Below, one piece after another: positions 46,926 through 55,049 of a DNA stretch of 64,000 nucleotides; positions within the stretch are counted from its first letter, which is position 1; the number at the start of each line of letters is the position of its first letter. Both the position numbers and the translations under genes were made by a program. The DNA is from an uncultured Pseudomonadota bacterium (lineage in GTDB: Bacteria; Pseudomonadota; Gammaproteobacteria; Burkholderiales; SG8-39). The DNA lies in contig CAVTZJ010000002.1 of assembly GCA_963739205.1 (NCBI GenBank), forward strand, positions 576,192-640,191, read 5' to 3'. The notes beneath the pieces were generated by a model. It saw only the letters and a list, made by a program, of their open reading frames with translations, made no database searches and had not been told where the DNA came from.

Positions 46926-47354
46926 TTAGCCGACTTGCTTCATGCCGGCGATGATCATCCAGGGTACGCCGAACTTGTCGGTAACCATGCCGAAGGCCCT
47001 GGCGAAGAAGGTCTCCGACAGAGGCGCGGTGACCTTGCCGCCGGCGGAGAGCGCCTCGAAGCGCTTCTTCGCGTCGGCCTCGTCCTTCGCATCGTACGAC
47101 AGGGAAAAGCCGGCGAAGTTGGGCTTGCCGCTGCAGAAGCCGTCGGAGGCCATGAGCATCGTGCCGCCGACGAGCGCCGCGGCGTGCATGACCTTGTCGG
47201 ACGGCGGCGTGCTGCCGTCGGGGCACTTGGCGGTGCCGCCGGGCGCGTCGCGGTAGCGCATCAGCATCTGCGTCTGCGCGCCGAGCGCCTTGCCGTAGAA
47301 CTGCAGCGCTTCCTCGGTCCTGCCTTCGAAAAACAGATACGGTTGGGTGGCCAT
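46926..47354 (-). CDS. VOC family protein, PhnB/YjdN-like
   Basis: PYLFFEGRTEEALQFYGKALGA...FGMVTDKFGVPWMI. Confidence 0.8.
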   Translation of the reverse strand: MATQPYLFFEGRTEEALQFYGKALGAQTQMLMRYRDAPGGTAKCPDGSTPPSDKVMHAAALVGGTMLMASDGFCSGKPNFAGFSLSYDAKDEADAKKRFEALSAGGKVTAPLSETFFARAFGMVTDKFGVPWMIIAGMKQVG

Positions 47355-47358
47355 GGCT

Positions 47359-47772
47359 TCAGTCCTTTTTCCAGGTGTCTTTCATGCGCTCGACCGCCGG
47401 GCTGTCGCCGAAGTCCTCGAGCGCGAAGAACTGGCGAACCTCGATCTCTCCCTCGCTGCCGTCGATCGCGGGATTGGGGAAACGCCTGGTCCAGGCAAGC
47501 GCCTCCTCGCGCGACTTGACGTCGATGATGGTATAGCCGGCGACGAGTTCCTTGGACTCCGTGAACGGGCCGTCGACGAAGCTGCGCTTGCCGCCCTTGC
47601 CGTACTTGATGCGCCAGCCGGTCGAGGTGGGCTTCAGGCCGTTGCCGTCGACGAGGATGCCGGCCTTCGCCATCTCGTCGTGGAAGCCGCCCATCTCGGC
47701 GAGCAGGGACTCGGGCGGCATCTTGCCGGCCTCGGAATCCCCGGTCGCCTTGACCAGGATGATGAATTTCAT
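47359..47772 (-). CDS. YCII-related (DGPF) domain protein
   Basis: MKFIILVKATGDSEAG...VDGPFTESKELVAGYTIIDVKSREEALAWTRRFP. Confidence 0.85.
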   Translation of the reverse strand: MKFIILVKATGDSEAGKMPPESLLAEMGGFHDEMAKAGILVDGNGLKPTSTGWRIKYGKGGKRSFVDGPFTESKELVAGYTIIDVKSREEALAWTRRFPNPAIDGSEGEIEVRQFFALEDFGDSPAVERMKDTWKKD

Positions 47773-47814
47773 GACGTCGCTCCTAAGAAGGTTGGTAGTG
47801 TCCTGCACCCTCTG

Positions 47815-47841
47815 GTCGAACGGCAAAAGGCCGATTCGACA
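47815..47841 (-). promoter_or_regulatory. Candidate ECF42-type promoter upstream of the DGPF gene
   Basis: On the minus strand: TGTCGA (47841-47836), 16-nt spacer, TCGAC (47819-47815), about 45 nt before ATG 47772. The motif identity rests on my recollection of the ECF42 consensus. Confidence 0.35.
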
Positions 47842-47852
47842 TCTCCTTGAGA

Positions 47853-49019
47853 CTATTTTTCGAGCTCGGCGATCCGCCGCTCGAGGAACCGGCGTTCGGG
47901 CCCCTGCCTGCTGAGGGAGAGGGCCTTCGCGTAGGCCTCGGCAGCCTCGGGCTTCCGGCCCAGGCGGCGAAACAGGTCGGCGCGCACGGCGTGGGCGAGG
48001 TGGTAGCCCTGGAGCTCTCGCATCAACCCGTCCACGAGTGCGAGCCCGGCCGCAGGGCCGTCGCGCATTGCGACCGCCACCGCGCGGTTGAGCTGGATCA
48101 CGGGCGACGCATCGAGGCGCGAGAGCACGTCGTAGAGCCCGATGATCTCGCTCCAGTCGGTCTCCTTCGCGCTCGGCGCCTCGGCGTGCACCGCGGCGAT
48201 CGCCGCCTGCAGGCAATACGGCCCGAACATGCGCGTGCGCAGCGCCCGCGTGGTGAGCTCGACCCCTTCGCCGATGAGCGCCCTGTTCCACAGGCCGCGG
48301 TCCTGGTCCTCGAGCAGAACGAGCTCCCCGTCCGGCCGCGAGCGCGCGGCGCGGCGCGACTCCTGGATCAGCATGAGCGCCAGGAGCCCCATCGCCTCGG
48401 CCTCGGGCAGCAGCTCAACGAGCAGCCGCCCGAGGCGTATCGCTTCCTGCGACAGCTCCGCGCGCGTCACCGAATCGCCCGAGGACGCCGAGTACCCCTC
48501 GTTGAAGACGAGGTACACGACGCGCAGCACCGCCTCCAGCCGCTCCGGCAGCTCGGCCTTCCCCGGAACTTCGTAGGGAATCTTCGCGTCGCGGATCTTG
48601 GTCTTCGCGCGCACGATGCGCTGCGCGAGCGCCGATTCCTGCGCGAGGAACGCGCGCGCGATCTCGCCGGTCGTCAGCCCGCACACCTCGCGCAGCGTGA
48701 GCGCCACCTGCGTATCCGGCGCGAGCGCGGGGTGGCAGCAGGTGAAGACGAGCCGCAGCCGGTCGTCCTCGATCCCTTCCCTCTCGGCTTCGGGTTCGGC
48801 GGGGACGGCCTCGAGCGCCTCCGGATCGACGTACGAGAAGCGCTCCTGCCGCCGGATCGCGTCGATCGCCTTGAACCGTCCGGCCGAGACCAGCCACGCG
48901 CGCGGATTCGCCGGAACGCCTTCGCTCGGCCACTGCTCCATCGCCGCGCGGAAAGCCTCGGACATCGCCTCCTCGGCAAGGTCGAAGTCGCCGAGCAGGC
49001 GAATGAGCGTCGCCAGCAC
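47853..49019 (-). CDS. ECF42-type sigma factor with C-terminal TPR-like extension; start unresolved
   Basis: LATLIRLLGDFDLAEEAMSEAFRAAMEQWPSEGVPANPRAWLVSAGRFKAIDAIRR. Similarity to the paralog extends upstream to about 49064, but there is no in-frame ATG/GTG/TTG there. 49019 is the first canonical (GTG) start. Confidence 0.8.
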   Translation of the reverse strand: MLATLIRLLGDFDLAEEAMSEAFRAAMEQWPSEGVPANPRAWLVSAGRFKAIDAIRRQERFSYVDPEALEAVPAEPEAEREGIEDDRLRLVFTCCHPALAPDTQVALTLREVCGLTTGEIARAFLAQESALAQRIVRAKTKIRDAKIPYEVPGKAELPERLEAVLRVVYLVFNEGYSASSGDSVTRAELSQEAIRLGRLLVELLPEAEAMGLLALMLIQESRRAARSRPDGELVLLEDQDRGLWNRALIGEGVELTTRALRTRMFGPYCLQAAIAAVHAEAPSAKETDWSEIIGLYDVLSRLDASPVIQLNRAVAVAMRDGPAAGLALVDGLMRELQGYHLAHAVRADLFRRLGRKPEAAEAYAKALSLSRQGPERRFLERRIAELEK

Positions 49020-49111
49020 GCGGCGCGACTCACTGCGATACAGCGCGTCGAATCCGGGATCACGCGCCGCAGGATAGCAAGGGCGGCCGGCGCGCGGCCG
49101 CCCCCGCGCCG

Positions 49112-49645
49112 CTAGACGCGCGCTTCGGCGAGGCTCTGCTCGAAGTCCTTCATCTCGCGCGCGTGCGTCGAGAAGAAGGGCCGCGGCTTCGCGCCCTTCA
49201 GCTGGTCTTCGAGGATGCCCACGTGCGTGGCCCAGCCGCCGCCGACCGCGATCTTCAGGCCCGCGTCGTCGGGCAGCCGGTGGTGGATGGTGAGCAGCAC
49301 GTCCTTGCCGCGCGGGGCGAGCTCGTAGGTCACCTCGGACATCCCGCCTTCCCAGCCCCAGGTGTGCGCGAGGAGCTTCATCGGTTCGAGCCGCGTGATC
49401 ACGCCCTCGGCCCGGTGGGGAGCCGCGCCGCGCGCGCCGGCGGGCGGCGTCTCGTCGGTGATCCGGCTGTTGTCGAACAGGAGCTCGATCTTGCCGCCCA
49501 CGCGCAGGTCGAACTCGCCGGCGGCGAGCCACAGCGCGCGCTTCTTCGACTCGGTGAGATAGGCCCAGACGCGCTCGACGGGCCCGGGGAGCAGGCGCTC
49601 GAAGCGCACGGTGGACGGCTGGATCAGGGTGGCACGGGCAGTCAT
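49112..49645 (-). CDS. SRPBCC (AHSA1/START-like) domain protein
   Basis: FERLLPGPVERVWAYLTESKKRALWL. Downstream of ArsR with a 4-nt overlap. Confidence 0.85.
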   Translation of the reverse strand: MTARATLIQPSTVRFERLLPGPVERVWAYLTESKKRALWLAAGEFDLRVGGKIELLFDNSRITDETPPAGARGAAPHRAEGVITRLEPMKLLAHTWGWEGGMSEVTYELAPRGKDVLLTIHHRLPDDAGLKIAVGGGWATHVGILEDQLKGAKPRPFFSTHAREMKDFEQSLAEARV

Positions 49646-50013
49646 GGCTTTCTCCTTCGTTTGGCAGCAGGTTTGCGGGAAGAGGCCTTCGCGGCCTCGA
49701 TGGCGTCCTCCGCTCGCAAGGCGGCCTCCAACCGGTCGAGGCGCGCGGCCCAGGCGGCGCGCTCGCGCCGGATCCAGGCCGAGATCTGGTCCATCGGCTT
49801 CGGGTCGAGCGAGAGAAAGTGGTCGCGCCCGGAGACGCGCCGGCGCACGAGCCCGGCGCGCTCCAGGATGCGGATGTGCTTGGAAACGGAGTTGAGCGAG
49901 ATGTCGTACGGCGCGGCGATCTCCGTCACGCGCGCTTCCCCCGCCGCCAGCCGCTGCAGGATGCTGCGGCGGGTCTCGTCGGCGAGGGCGACCAGGGTGT
50001 CGTCGAGGTCCAT
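49642..50013 (-). CDS. ArsR/SmtB family transcriptional regulator
   Basis: LADETRRSILQRLAAGEARVTEIAAPYDISLNSVSKHIRILERAGLV. Only the last 123 codons of the 624-aa track ORF are coding. Confidence 0.85.
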   Translation of the reverse strand: MDLDDTLVALADETRRSILQRLAAGEARVTEIAAPYDISLNSVSKHIRILERAGLVRRRVSGRDHFLSLDPKPMDQISAWIRRERAAWAARLDRLEAALRAEDAIEAAKASSRKPAAKRRRKP

Positions 50014-50151
50014 GGCCGCGACGTTAACCCAAAAGGGTGAACGTTGCAAGCCCCCCCTGGCGCGCACACCGCTTAACCCGTTTTCGCCCCTCCTCCGTTT
50101 ACGGTCATGTGCCCCGCAAGCACCGGGGGCGAGGACGATTCGGAGGAAGAC

Positions 50152-51741
50152 ATGAAGAAGCAAAAATTCCTGCGGCGGCTGCCCGCCGCGGTCGGGGCGG
50201 CGCTGGTATGCGCGGCGGGCGTCGCGTACGGCGAAAACGCATCGAAGATCACCGCGGTGACGCTCTACCCCGGCAGCGCCACGGTCGAGCGGACGGCACG
50301 CATCACGCCCGGGATGACGCTGCTCGCCATTTCCGGCCTGCCCGCGAATTTCGATCCGCAGTCGGTCCGCGTAGACGCGGACGAAGGCGTGCGAGTCGGC
50401 GAGGTGTCCACGCAGGACACTGCGCACACCCGAGCGCCCGATCCGCGCGAGGCGCAGCTCGAGGACAGGATCCAGGCGCTCAAGGATAGGCAATCCGCGC
50501 TCGACGCCGAGGTGAAGTCCGCCGAGATGGTGAACGAGTTCCTCTCGCGTCTCGGCGGGCCGGGAGAGAAGCCGGCGCCGGTTCCCGACGCGCGCTCGCT
50601 CGCCGGGGTGATCGAGCTGATCCGCAAGAACTCGAGCGAGTCGCTCTCGCGCGTCGAGCGCGCGAAGGTACAGAAGCGCGAGGCCGGGAAGCGAATCGCG
50701 GCCCTGGAGCGCGATCTCGCGCGGCTGAGTAGCGACGCGAAGGACACGCGCACGATTCTCGTCGGCGTGTCGGGCGAGGGCACCGCGCGCGTGTCCTACC
50801 AGGTGAACGGCGCGGGCTGGCACCCCGCGTACCGCGCGAGCCTCGATTCGAGCGCGTCGAAGCTCGAGCTCGTCCGCCAGGCGATCGTCGAGCAGCGCAC
50901 GGGCGAGGACTGGAGCGCAGTGAAGCTCAAGCTCTCCACCGGCCTGCCGCGACTCTCCCCGCAAGGACCGGATCCCCGGACGTGGTACGTGTCGCTGGTG
51001 GAACCGCGGTCGTACCCACGCGTCCTGGGACAGGCGTTCATGGCTCCCGAGGCCGCGATGCAGCGCGAGATGAGCGCGAACCGCGCCGATGCTCCTGACG
51101 AAAAGCCGGTCGAGGTGCAGACGACCTTCGCGACCGAGTTCGAGGTGCCGGGGCTCGTGACCCTGCCCTCCGACGGAAGGAAAGTGACGCTGGCGCTCGC
51201 GAAGCTCGCGCTGCCCGCCAAGATGCGGCTGCGCGTCGCGCCGCGGCAGGACGCCGCGGCGATCGTGACGGCCGAAGCCAAGCGCCCCGATGGCGTGTGG
51301 CTGCCGGGAAGGATCGAGCTCGCGCGCGACGGCAACTACGTCGGCTCGACCGCCTGGAATCCGCAGGCGGACGGCGACCTGGTGCTGCCCTTCGGGCGCG
51401 ACAGCCTGGTGCGCGTCAAGGTGGACCGCGTGAAGAACCGCAACGGCTCGGCCGGCCTGATCGGCGGCAAGAACGAGCGCGAGGTGACCGACCTGGTGAC
51501 CCTCACCAGCTTGCACAAGAAGCCGCTACCGCTCCTCGTGCTCGAGTCCTCGCCCGTGTCCACCGACGACCGCATCGAGGTCAGGGCCGAATTCCAGCCC
51601 AAGCCGCAGCTCGAGAGCTGGGAGGACCGCCAGGGCGTGGTCGCCTGGGAGCGCGACATCGCGCCGGGTGAGACCGTGAAGATCTCCGCCCACTACACGC
51701 TCATCTATCCTAAGGAGGTCGCGGTAGTCGGACTGCCCTGA
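50152..51741 (+). CDS. DUF4139/DUF4140 (MuiA-like) secreted protein
   Basis: SD GGAGGA. Signal peptide. ITAVTLYPGSATVERTA start, a coiled-coil segment, then a long beta-rich C-terminus. Confidence 0.8.
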   Translation: MKKQKFLRRLPAAVGAALVCAAGVAYGENASKITAVTLYPGSATVERTARITPGMTLLAISGLPANFDPQSVRVDADEGVRVGEVSTQDTAHTRAPDPREAQLEDRIQALKDRQSALDAEVKSAEMVNEFLSRLGGPGEKPAPVPDARSLAGVIELIRKNSSESLSRVERAKVQKREAGKRIAALERDLARLSSDAKDTRTILVGVSGEGTARVSYQVNGAGWHPAYRASLDSSASKLELVRQAIVEQRTGEDWSAVKLKLSTGLPRLSPQGPDPRTWYVSLVEPRSYPRVLGQAFMAPEAAMQREMSANRADAPDEKPVEVQTTFATEFEVPGLVTLPSDGRKVTLALAKLALPAKMRLRVAPRQDAAAIVTAEAKRPDGVWLPGRIELARDGNYVGSTAWNPQADGDLVLPFGRDSLVRVKVDRVKNRNGSAGLIGGKNEREVTDLVTLTSLHKKPLPLLVLESSPVSTDDRIEVRAEFQPKPQLESWEDRQGVVAWERDIAPGETVKISAHYTLIYPKEVAVVGLP

Positions 51742-51793
51742 CGCCGGTTCGCCGCGTGCCGTGCGGCGCCCCATGAGACCCGACTGCTCAGAG

Positions 51794-52399
51794 TCAGCGC
51801 GCGGCGGCAGCGCGAAAGTAGAAGTCGAGCATCGCGCCGAGCGGCGCCGGGCTGCCCCTCAGCCGGCTGCGCAGCGCCGCGCCTTCCCAGCAGTCCACGA
51901 GCAGGCTCGCGAGGCGCTTGGGATCGGAGTCGGCCGCGATGTCGCCGCGCTTGCGCGCCTCTTCCAGGGTGGCGGCGATGCGGCGCGCGATCTCGGAGAA
52001 GCACTGCTCGACCTTGCGCCGGAACACTTCGCTCACGCCGGAGAGCTCCTGGCCGAGCCCGCCGAGCAGGCAGCCGAGGTAGCCCTCGCGGCGGTAGCTC
52101 TGCTGCGTCTGCTCGAAGAACCTGCGCACGAGCACGAGCGGCGGCAGGGTCGCGTCGCCGAGGCAGGCGTCGAGGCCCGCGTGCACGTGCTTCATGTACT
52201 CGTCGATCGCCTGCAGCGCGAAGTCTTCCTTGTCCCTGAAGTGGTGGTAGAAGGAGCCCTTCGGCGTGCCGGTCTCCTCGAGCAGGGCCTGCAGGCCGAG
52301 GTCGTGGTAGCCGTGCTTGAGCAGCATGGCGATCCCGGCGTCGAGCAGACCCTGCTTGGTCGCGTGCGTCTGCTCCATGGAAGGCGTTCGGGAAGGCAT
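51794..52399 (-). CDS. TetR family transcriptional regulator
   Basis: GYHDLGLQALLEETGTPKGSFYHHFRDKEDF HTH. Confidence 0.85.
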   Translation of the reverse strand: MPSRTPSMEQTHATKQGLLDAGIAMLLKHGYHDLGLQALLEETGTPKGSFYHHFRDKEDFALQAIDEYMKHVHAGLDACLGDATLPPLVLVRRFFEQTQQSYRREGYLGCLLGGLGQELSGVSEVFRRKVEQCFSEIARRIAATLEEARKRGDIAADSDPKRLASLLVDCWEGAALRSRLRGSPAPLGAMLDFYFRAAAAR

Positions 52400-52431
52400 G
52401 GCGGGAAGCCGCGGCGCGGCCTCCCGGTATC

Positions 52432-52824
52432 TTAACCCTTGACCTTCCGGATCATGTGGTCGATGACGTGGCTGTGCTCGTGCTGCGGGCTGAACATCAC
52501 GATCTCCGCGTCGGCGTCGACCCTGACATTGTGCCCGGGCGGCCAGTAGAACAGGTCGTTCGCCTTCACCGTCTCCTCCACGCCCAGCGCGTCGGTCGTC
52601 GTGAGCTGGCCGCGCAGCACGAAGCCCCAGTGCGGGCACTGGCACATGTCGCCGTCCAGCCCCTTGAACAGCGGGCTCGTGTCCACGCCCGCCGCGAGCG
52701 TGAAGCACTCGCCGCTGATCTGGCCGCAGCCGCTCGCGTTGCCGAAATCCGTGTGCTGACGGATCACCGCGCCCGGGATCTCCATCCGGACGTCCACCTG
52801 GTCCTTTGGCACTCGCATCGTCAT
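52432..52824 (-). CDS. Cupin domain protein
   Basis: 130 aa. CPHWGFVLRGQL...FYWPPGHNV beta-barrel pattern. Upstream of TetR in the same operon. Confidence 0.7.
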   Translation of the reverse strand: MTMRVPKDQVDVRMEIPGAVIRQHTDFGNASGCGQISGECFTLAAGVDTSPLFKGLDGDMCQCPHWGFVLRGQLTTTDALGVEETVKANDLFYWPPGHNVRVDADAEIVMFSPQHEHSHVIDHMIRKVKG

Positions 52825-52855
52825 CCCCCCTCGGTGGTGTTGGCGACCGCCCGAC

Positions 52856-52896
52856 TAGACCGGTCGGTCTATCCGTAGAATAGACCGCTCGGTCTA
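52856..52896. promoter_or_regulatory. Tandem TetR-type operator candidates
   Basis: TAGACCGGTCGGTCTA (52856-52871) and TAGACCGCTCGGTCTA (52881-52896), each TAGACC-N4-GGTCTA, 32-72 nt upstream of the cupin-TetR operon. Confidence 0.5.
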
Positions 52897-52911
52897 ATGC
52901 TGTCAACCAGC

Positions 52912-53469
52912 CTAGCGGTCAAGCCGCGCGAACGCGAGCGGGGCGGCGACGAGCAGCGCGAGCAGGATCGCGGCGATCGCCGGCGCGAAGTTCAGCAGCA
53001 TTGCGAACGGGGCGGCCACGAACGCGGCCGCGTACAGCCAGGGCACGCGGGGCGCACGGCCAAGGTCGGCGCCGAGCTTCTTGCGGATCCAGCGCACCGC
53101 CCTGGGCTCGTGGGCCGCGCGGCGTCCCAGCGTGCGCACGAGCGAGCGCTCCTCCAGCCAGGAAATGAACATCAGTGCGAGCACGAACAGGCTGCCGATC
53201 AGCATCGCGGGCGCGAGCAGCAGCCCCGCGAGCGCCGAGACGGCGCGGGCGCCCACCAGCACCAGGATCGGGGCTAGCCCGCAGGCGAGCGCCGTCACCC
53301 CGATCAGGACCAGCATTGGGGTCACCAGGTGCGCGCGTTGGTTGACGTAGCGACGGAACGCATCGACGTCGCGGTAGCGGCCCGCGAGCGCCATCGCGTC
53401 CTCGAGCGGGCCGAGCAACTGCCGGCCGACCCGCCGCTGCAACTCTTCCTTATCCAGAATCGCCAACAT
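52912..53469 (-). CDS. Hypothetical integral membrane protein
   Basis: 185 aa with 4 predicted hydrophobic segments. No recognised family. Confidence 0.55.
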   Translation of the reverse strand: MLAILDKEELQRRVGRQLLGPLEDAMALAGRYRDVDAFRRYVNQRAHLVTPMLVLIGVTALACGLAPILVLVGARAVSALAGLLLAPAMLIGSLFVLALMFISWLEERSLVRTLGRRAAHEPRAVRWIRKKLGADLGRAPRVPWLYAAAFVAAPFAMLLNFAPAIAAILLALLVAAPLAFARLDR

Positions 53470-53644
53470 CGCCGCGCCTCCCTGCTGTCAAAATCGGTAA
53501 GGGCAGCATACGTAACCGCCGCCCAAAATGCGGCGAAAAAATCCGCACTTCGTCCTAGCAGCGGATGCGCAGCGGGATGAGCACGGCCTGCCCGAAATCT
53601 TCGCAGCTCGAGACGTCTCTGCCGTCGGGGTAGCCCGACGGCCC

Positions 53645-54056
53645 GCGCAGCGGCGGTCAACCCGAGGGAACCGACCGGCGTTGTGTCTTCACGTATGGTC
53701 GCGAAGCGAACGATCGGACAGGCGGTGGATGCGCGCATCGTCGTCCTGCGCGGTCATCGCGTCATGCTGGATTCGGATCTGGCTGAGCTCTACGGCGTCG
53801 AAGTCAGGGCACTCAACCAGGCCGTCAAGCGCAACCCGGGCCGCTTCCCGCCTGACTTCATGTTTTCGCTTACGCAACAAGAAGTTGCGCTTTTGAGATC
53901 ACAAAATGTGATCTCAAACGCCCCCTTGCCGGCTCGCGGAGGTCGGCGCACCTTGCCCTTCGCATTCACGGAGCAGGGCGTCGCCATGCTCTCCTCGGTC
54001 CTGAAAAGCGAACGCGCGGTCCAGGCGAACGTAGAGATCATGCGCGCCTTCGTACG
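53645..54056 (+). repeat. Copy B of the 412-bp direct repeat (ORF6N gene plus leader)
   Basis: Colinear with 45029-45440. Confidence 0.7.
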
Positions 54057-54222
54057 TCTGCGAAGCATGGCCACACAGAACCTCGTGCTGGCTCGGCGGC
54101 TCGACGAACTGGAGTCCAGGTACGACCGTCAGTTCAAAGTCGTGTTCGACGCGATCCGCGAGTTGATGACCCCACCGGCACCGACACCTAAGCGCCGCAT
54201 CGGCTTCATTGCCGGCGAATAG
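53695..54222 (+). CDS. ORF6N (KilA-N-like) domain protein, full length
   Basis: [35 protein letters not shown]...[24 protein letters not shown] plus a C-terminal coiled-coil [26 protein letters not shown]. Confidence 0.8.
   Translation: MVAKRTIGQAVDARIVVLRGHRVMLDSDLAELYGVEVRALNQAVKRNPGRFPPDFMFSLTQQEVALLRSQNVISNAPLPARGGRRTLPFAFTEQGVAMLSSVLKSERAVQANVEIMRAFVRLRSMATQNLVLARRLDELESRYDRQFKVVFDAIRELMTPPAPTPKRRIGFIAGE
53892..53918. repeat. Perfect 12-bp-arm inverted repeat inside ORF6N copy B
   Basis: TTTGAGATCACA-AAA-TGTGATCTCAAA, 197 nt after the ATG, the same offset as in copy A. Confidence 0.8.
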
Positions 54223-54313
54223 CCTGCTCTACGAAGTTTGATGCATCATTCGTTTTCCCCCCGGACCCCGCTCGCCTCACGGCGGGCGTGCCCGACCGAG
54301 ACGAGGAAACGCC

Positions 54314-54835
54314 ATGGCATTCTTGCTTTTCGATCTCTGCGTGCCGAGTTACCGCCAGACGCTGGGCGCGGTCTCCGGCTTTCTCGAGAAGGCGCTCGGT
54401 CACTTCCAGGCGCACGGCGTTTCGCCGGACGAAGTAGTCGAGACGCGCCTCTATCCGGACATGCTGCCGTTCCGCTTCCAGATCCAGTCGGTCGTGCATC
54501 ACTCGATCGGCGCGCTCGAGGGCGTGAAGAACGGGGTCTTCCGTCCGCCCTCGGATCTGCCGCAGCACGATTACCGCGCCTTGCAGCAGATCGTGAGCGA
54601 CGCGCGCCACGCGATGGACAATCTCTCGCGCGAAGCGGTCGACTCGCTCGAGGGCGCGAGCCTGATGTTCGAGTTTCGCGACAGGAAGCTGCCTTTCACG
54701 GCGCTGGATTTCCTAACGTCGTTCTCGCTGCCCAACTTCTACTTCCATACCACGACCGCCTACGACATCCTGCGCTCCAAAGGCGTGCCCGTCGGAAAGC
54801 GCGACTATCTGGGACAGCTGCGCCTGAAGAAGTAG
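54314..54835 (+). CDS. DUF1993 family protein (paralog of 14705-15211)
   Basis: FSLPNFYFHTTTAYDILRSKGVPVGKRDYLG and colinearity with the other copy. Confidence 0.85.
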   Translation: MAFLLFDLCVPSYRQTLGAVSGFLEKALGHFQAHGVSPDEVVETRLYPDMLPFRFQIQSVVHHSIGALEGVKNGVFRPPSDLPQHDYRALQQIVSDARHAMDNLSREAVDSLEGASLMFEFRDRKLPFTALDFLTSFSLPNFYFHTTTAYDILRSKGVPVGKRDYLGQLRLKK

Positions 54836-55049
54836 AGGCGGTCAGGCCCTCCTAAGCCTGCGGCGTGCACCTTTGCCTCCATCGCGTCCGTCGACGTCGC
54901 CTCTGGCACAGGCGCGACCGGCGCGCTACTGTGCCAACACGTTCGAATAAAACAAGGAGCTTTCATGGCGATCCTCGTTCCGATCTCCGACGCGCGCGAG
55001 CGCGCGCGCGTCGACGGCCGCGCGGCGTGGTCGAGCTCCTCGCGCCCGC

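Noticed and set aside
50014-51516. The upstream ~500 codons of the 624-aa minus-strand ORF 49642-51516.
   Set aside because: This part is antisense to the DUF4139 gene. Only the last 123 codons (ArsR) are coding.
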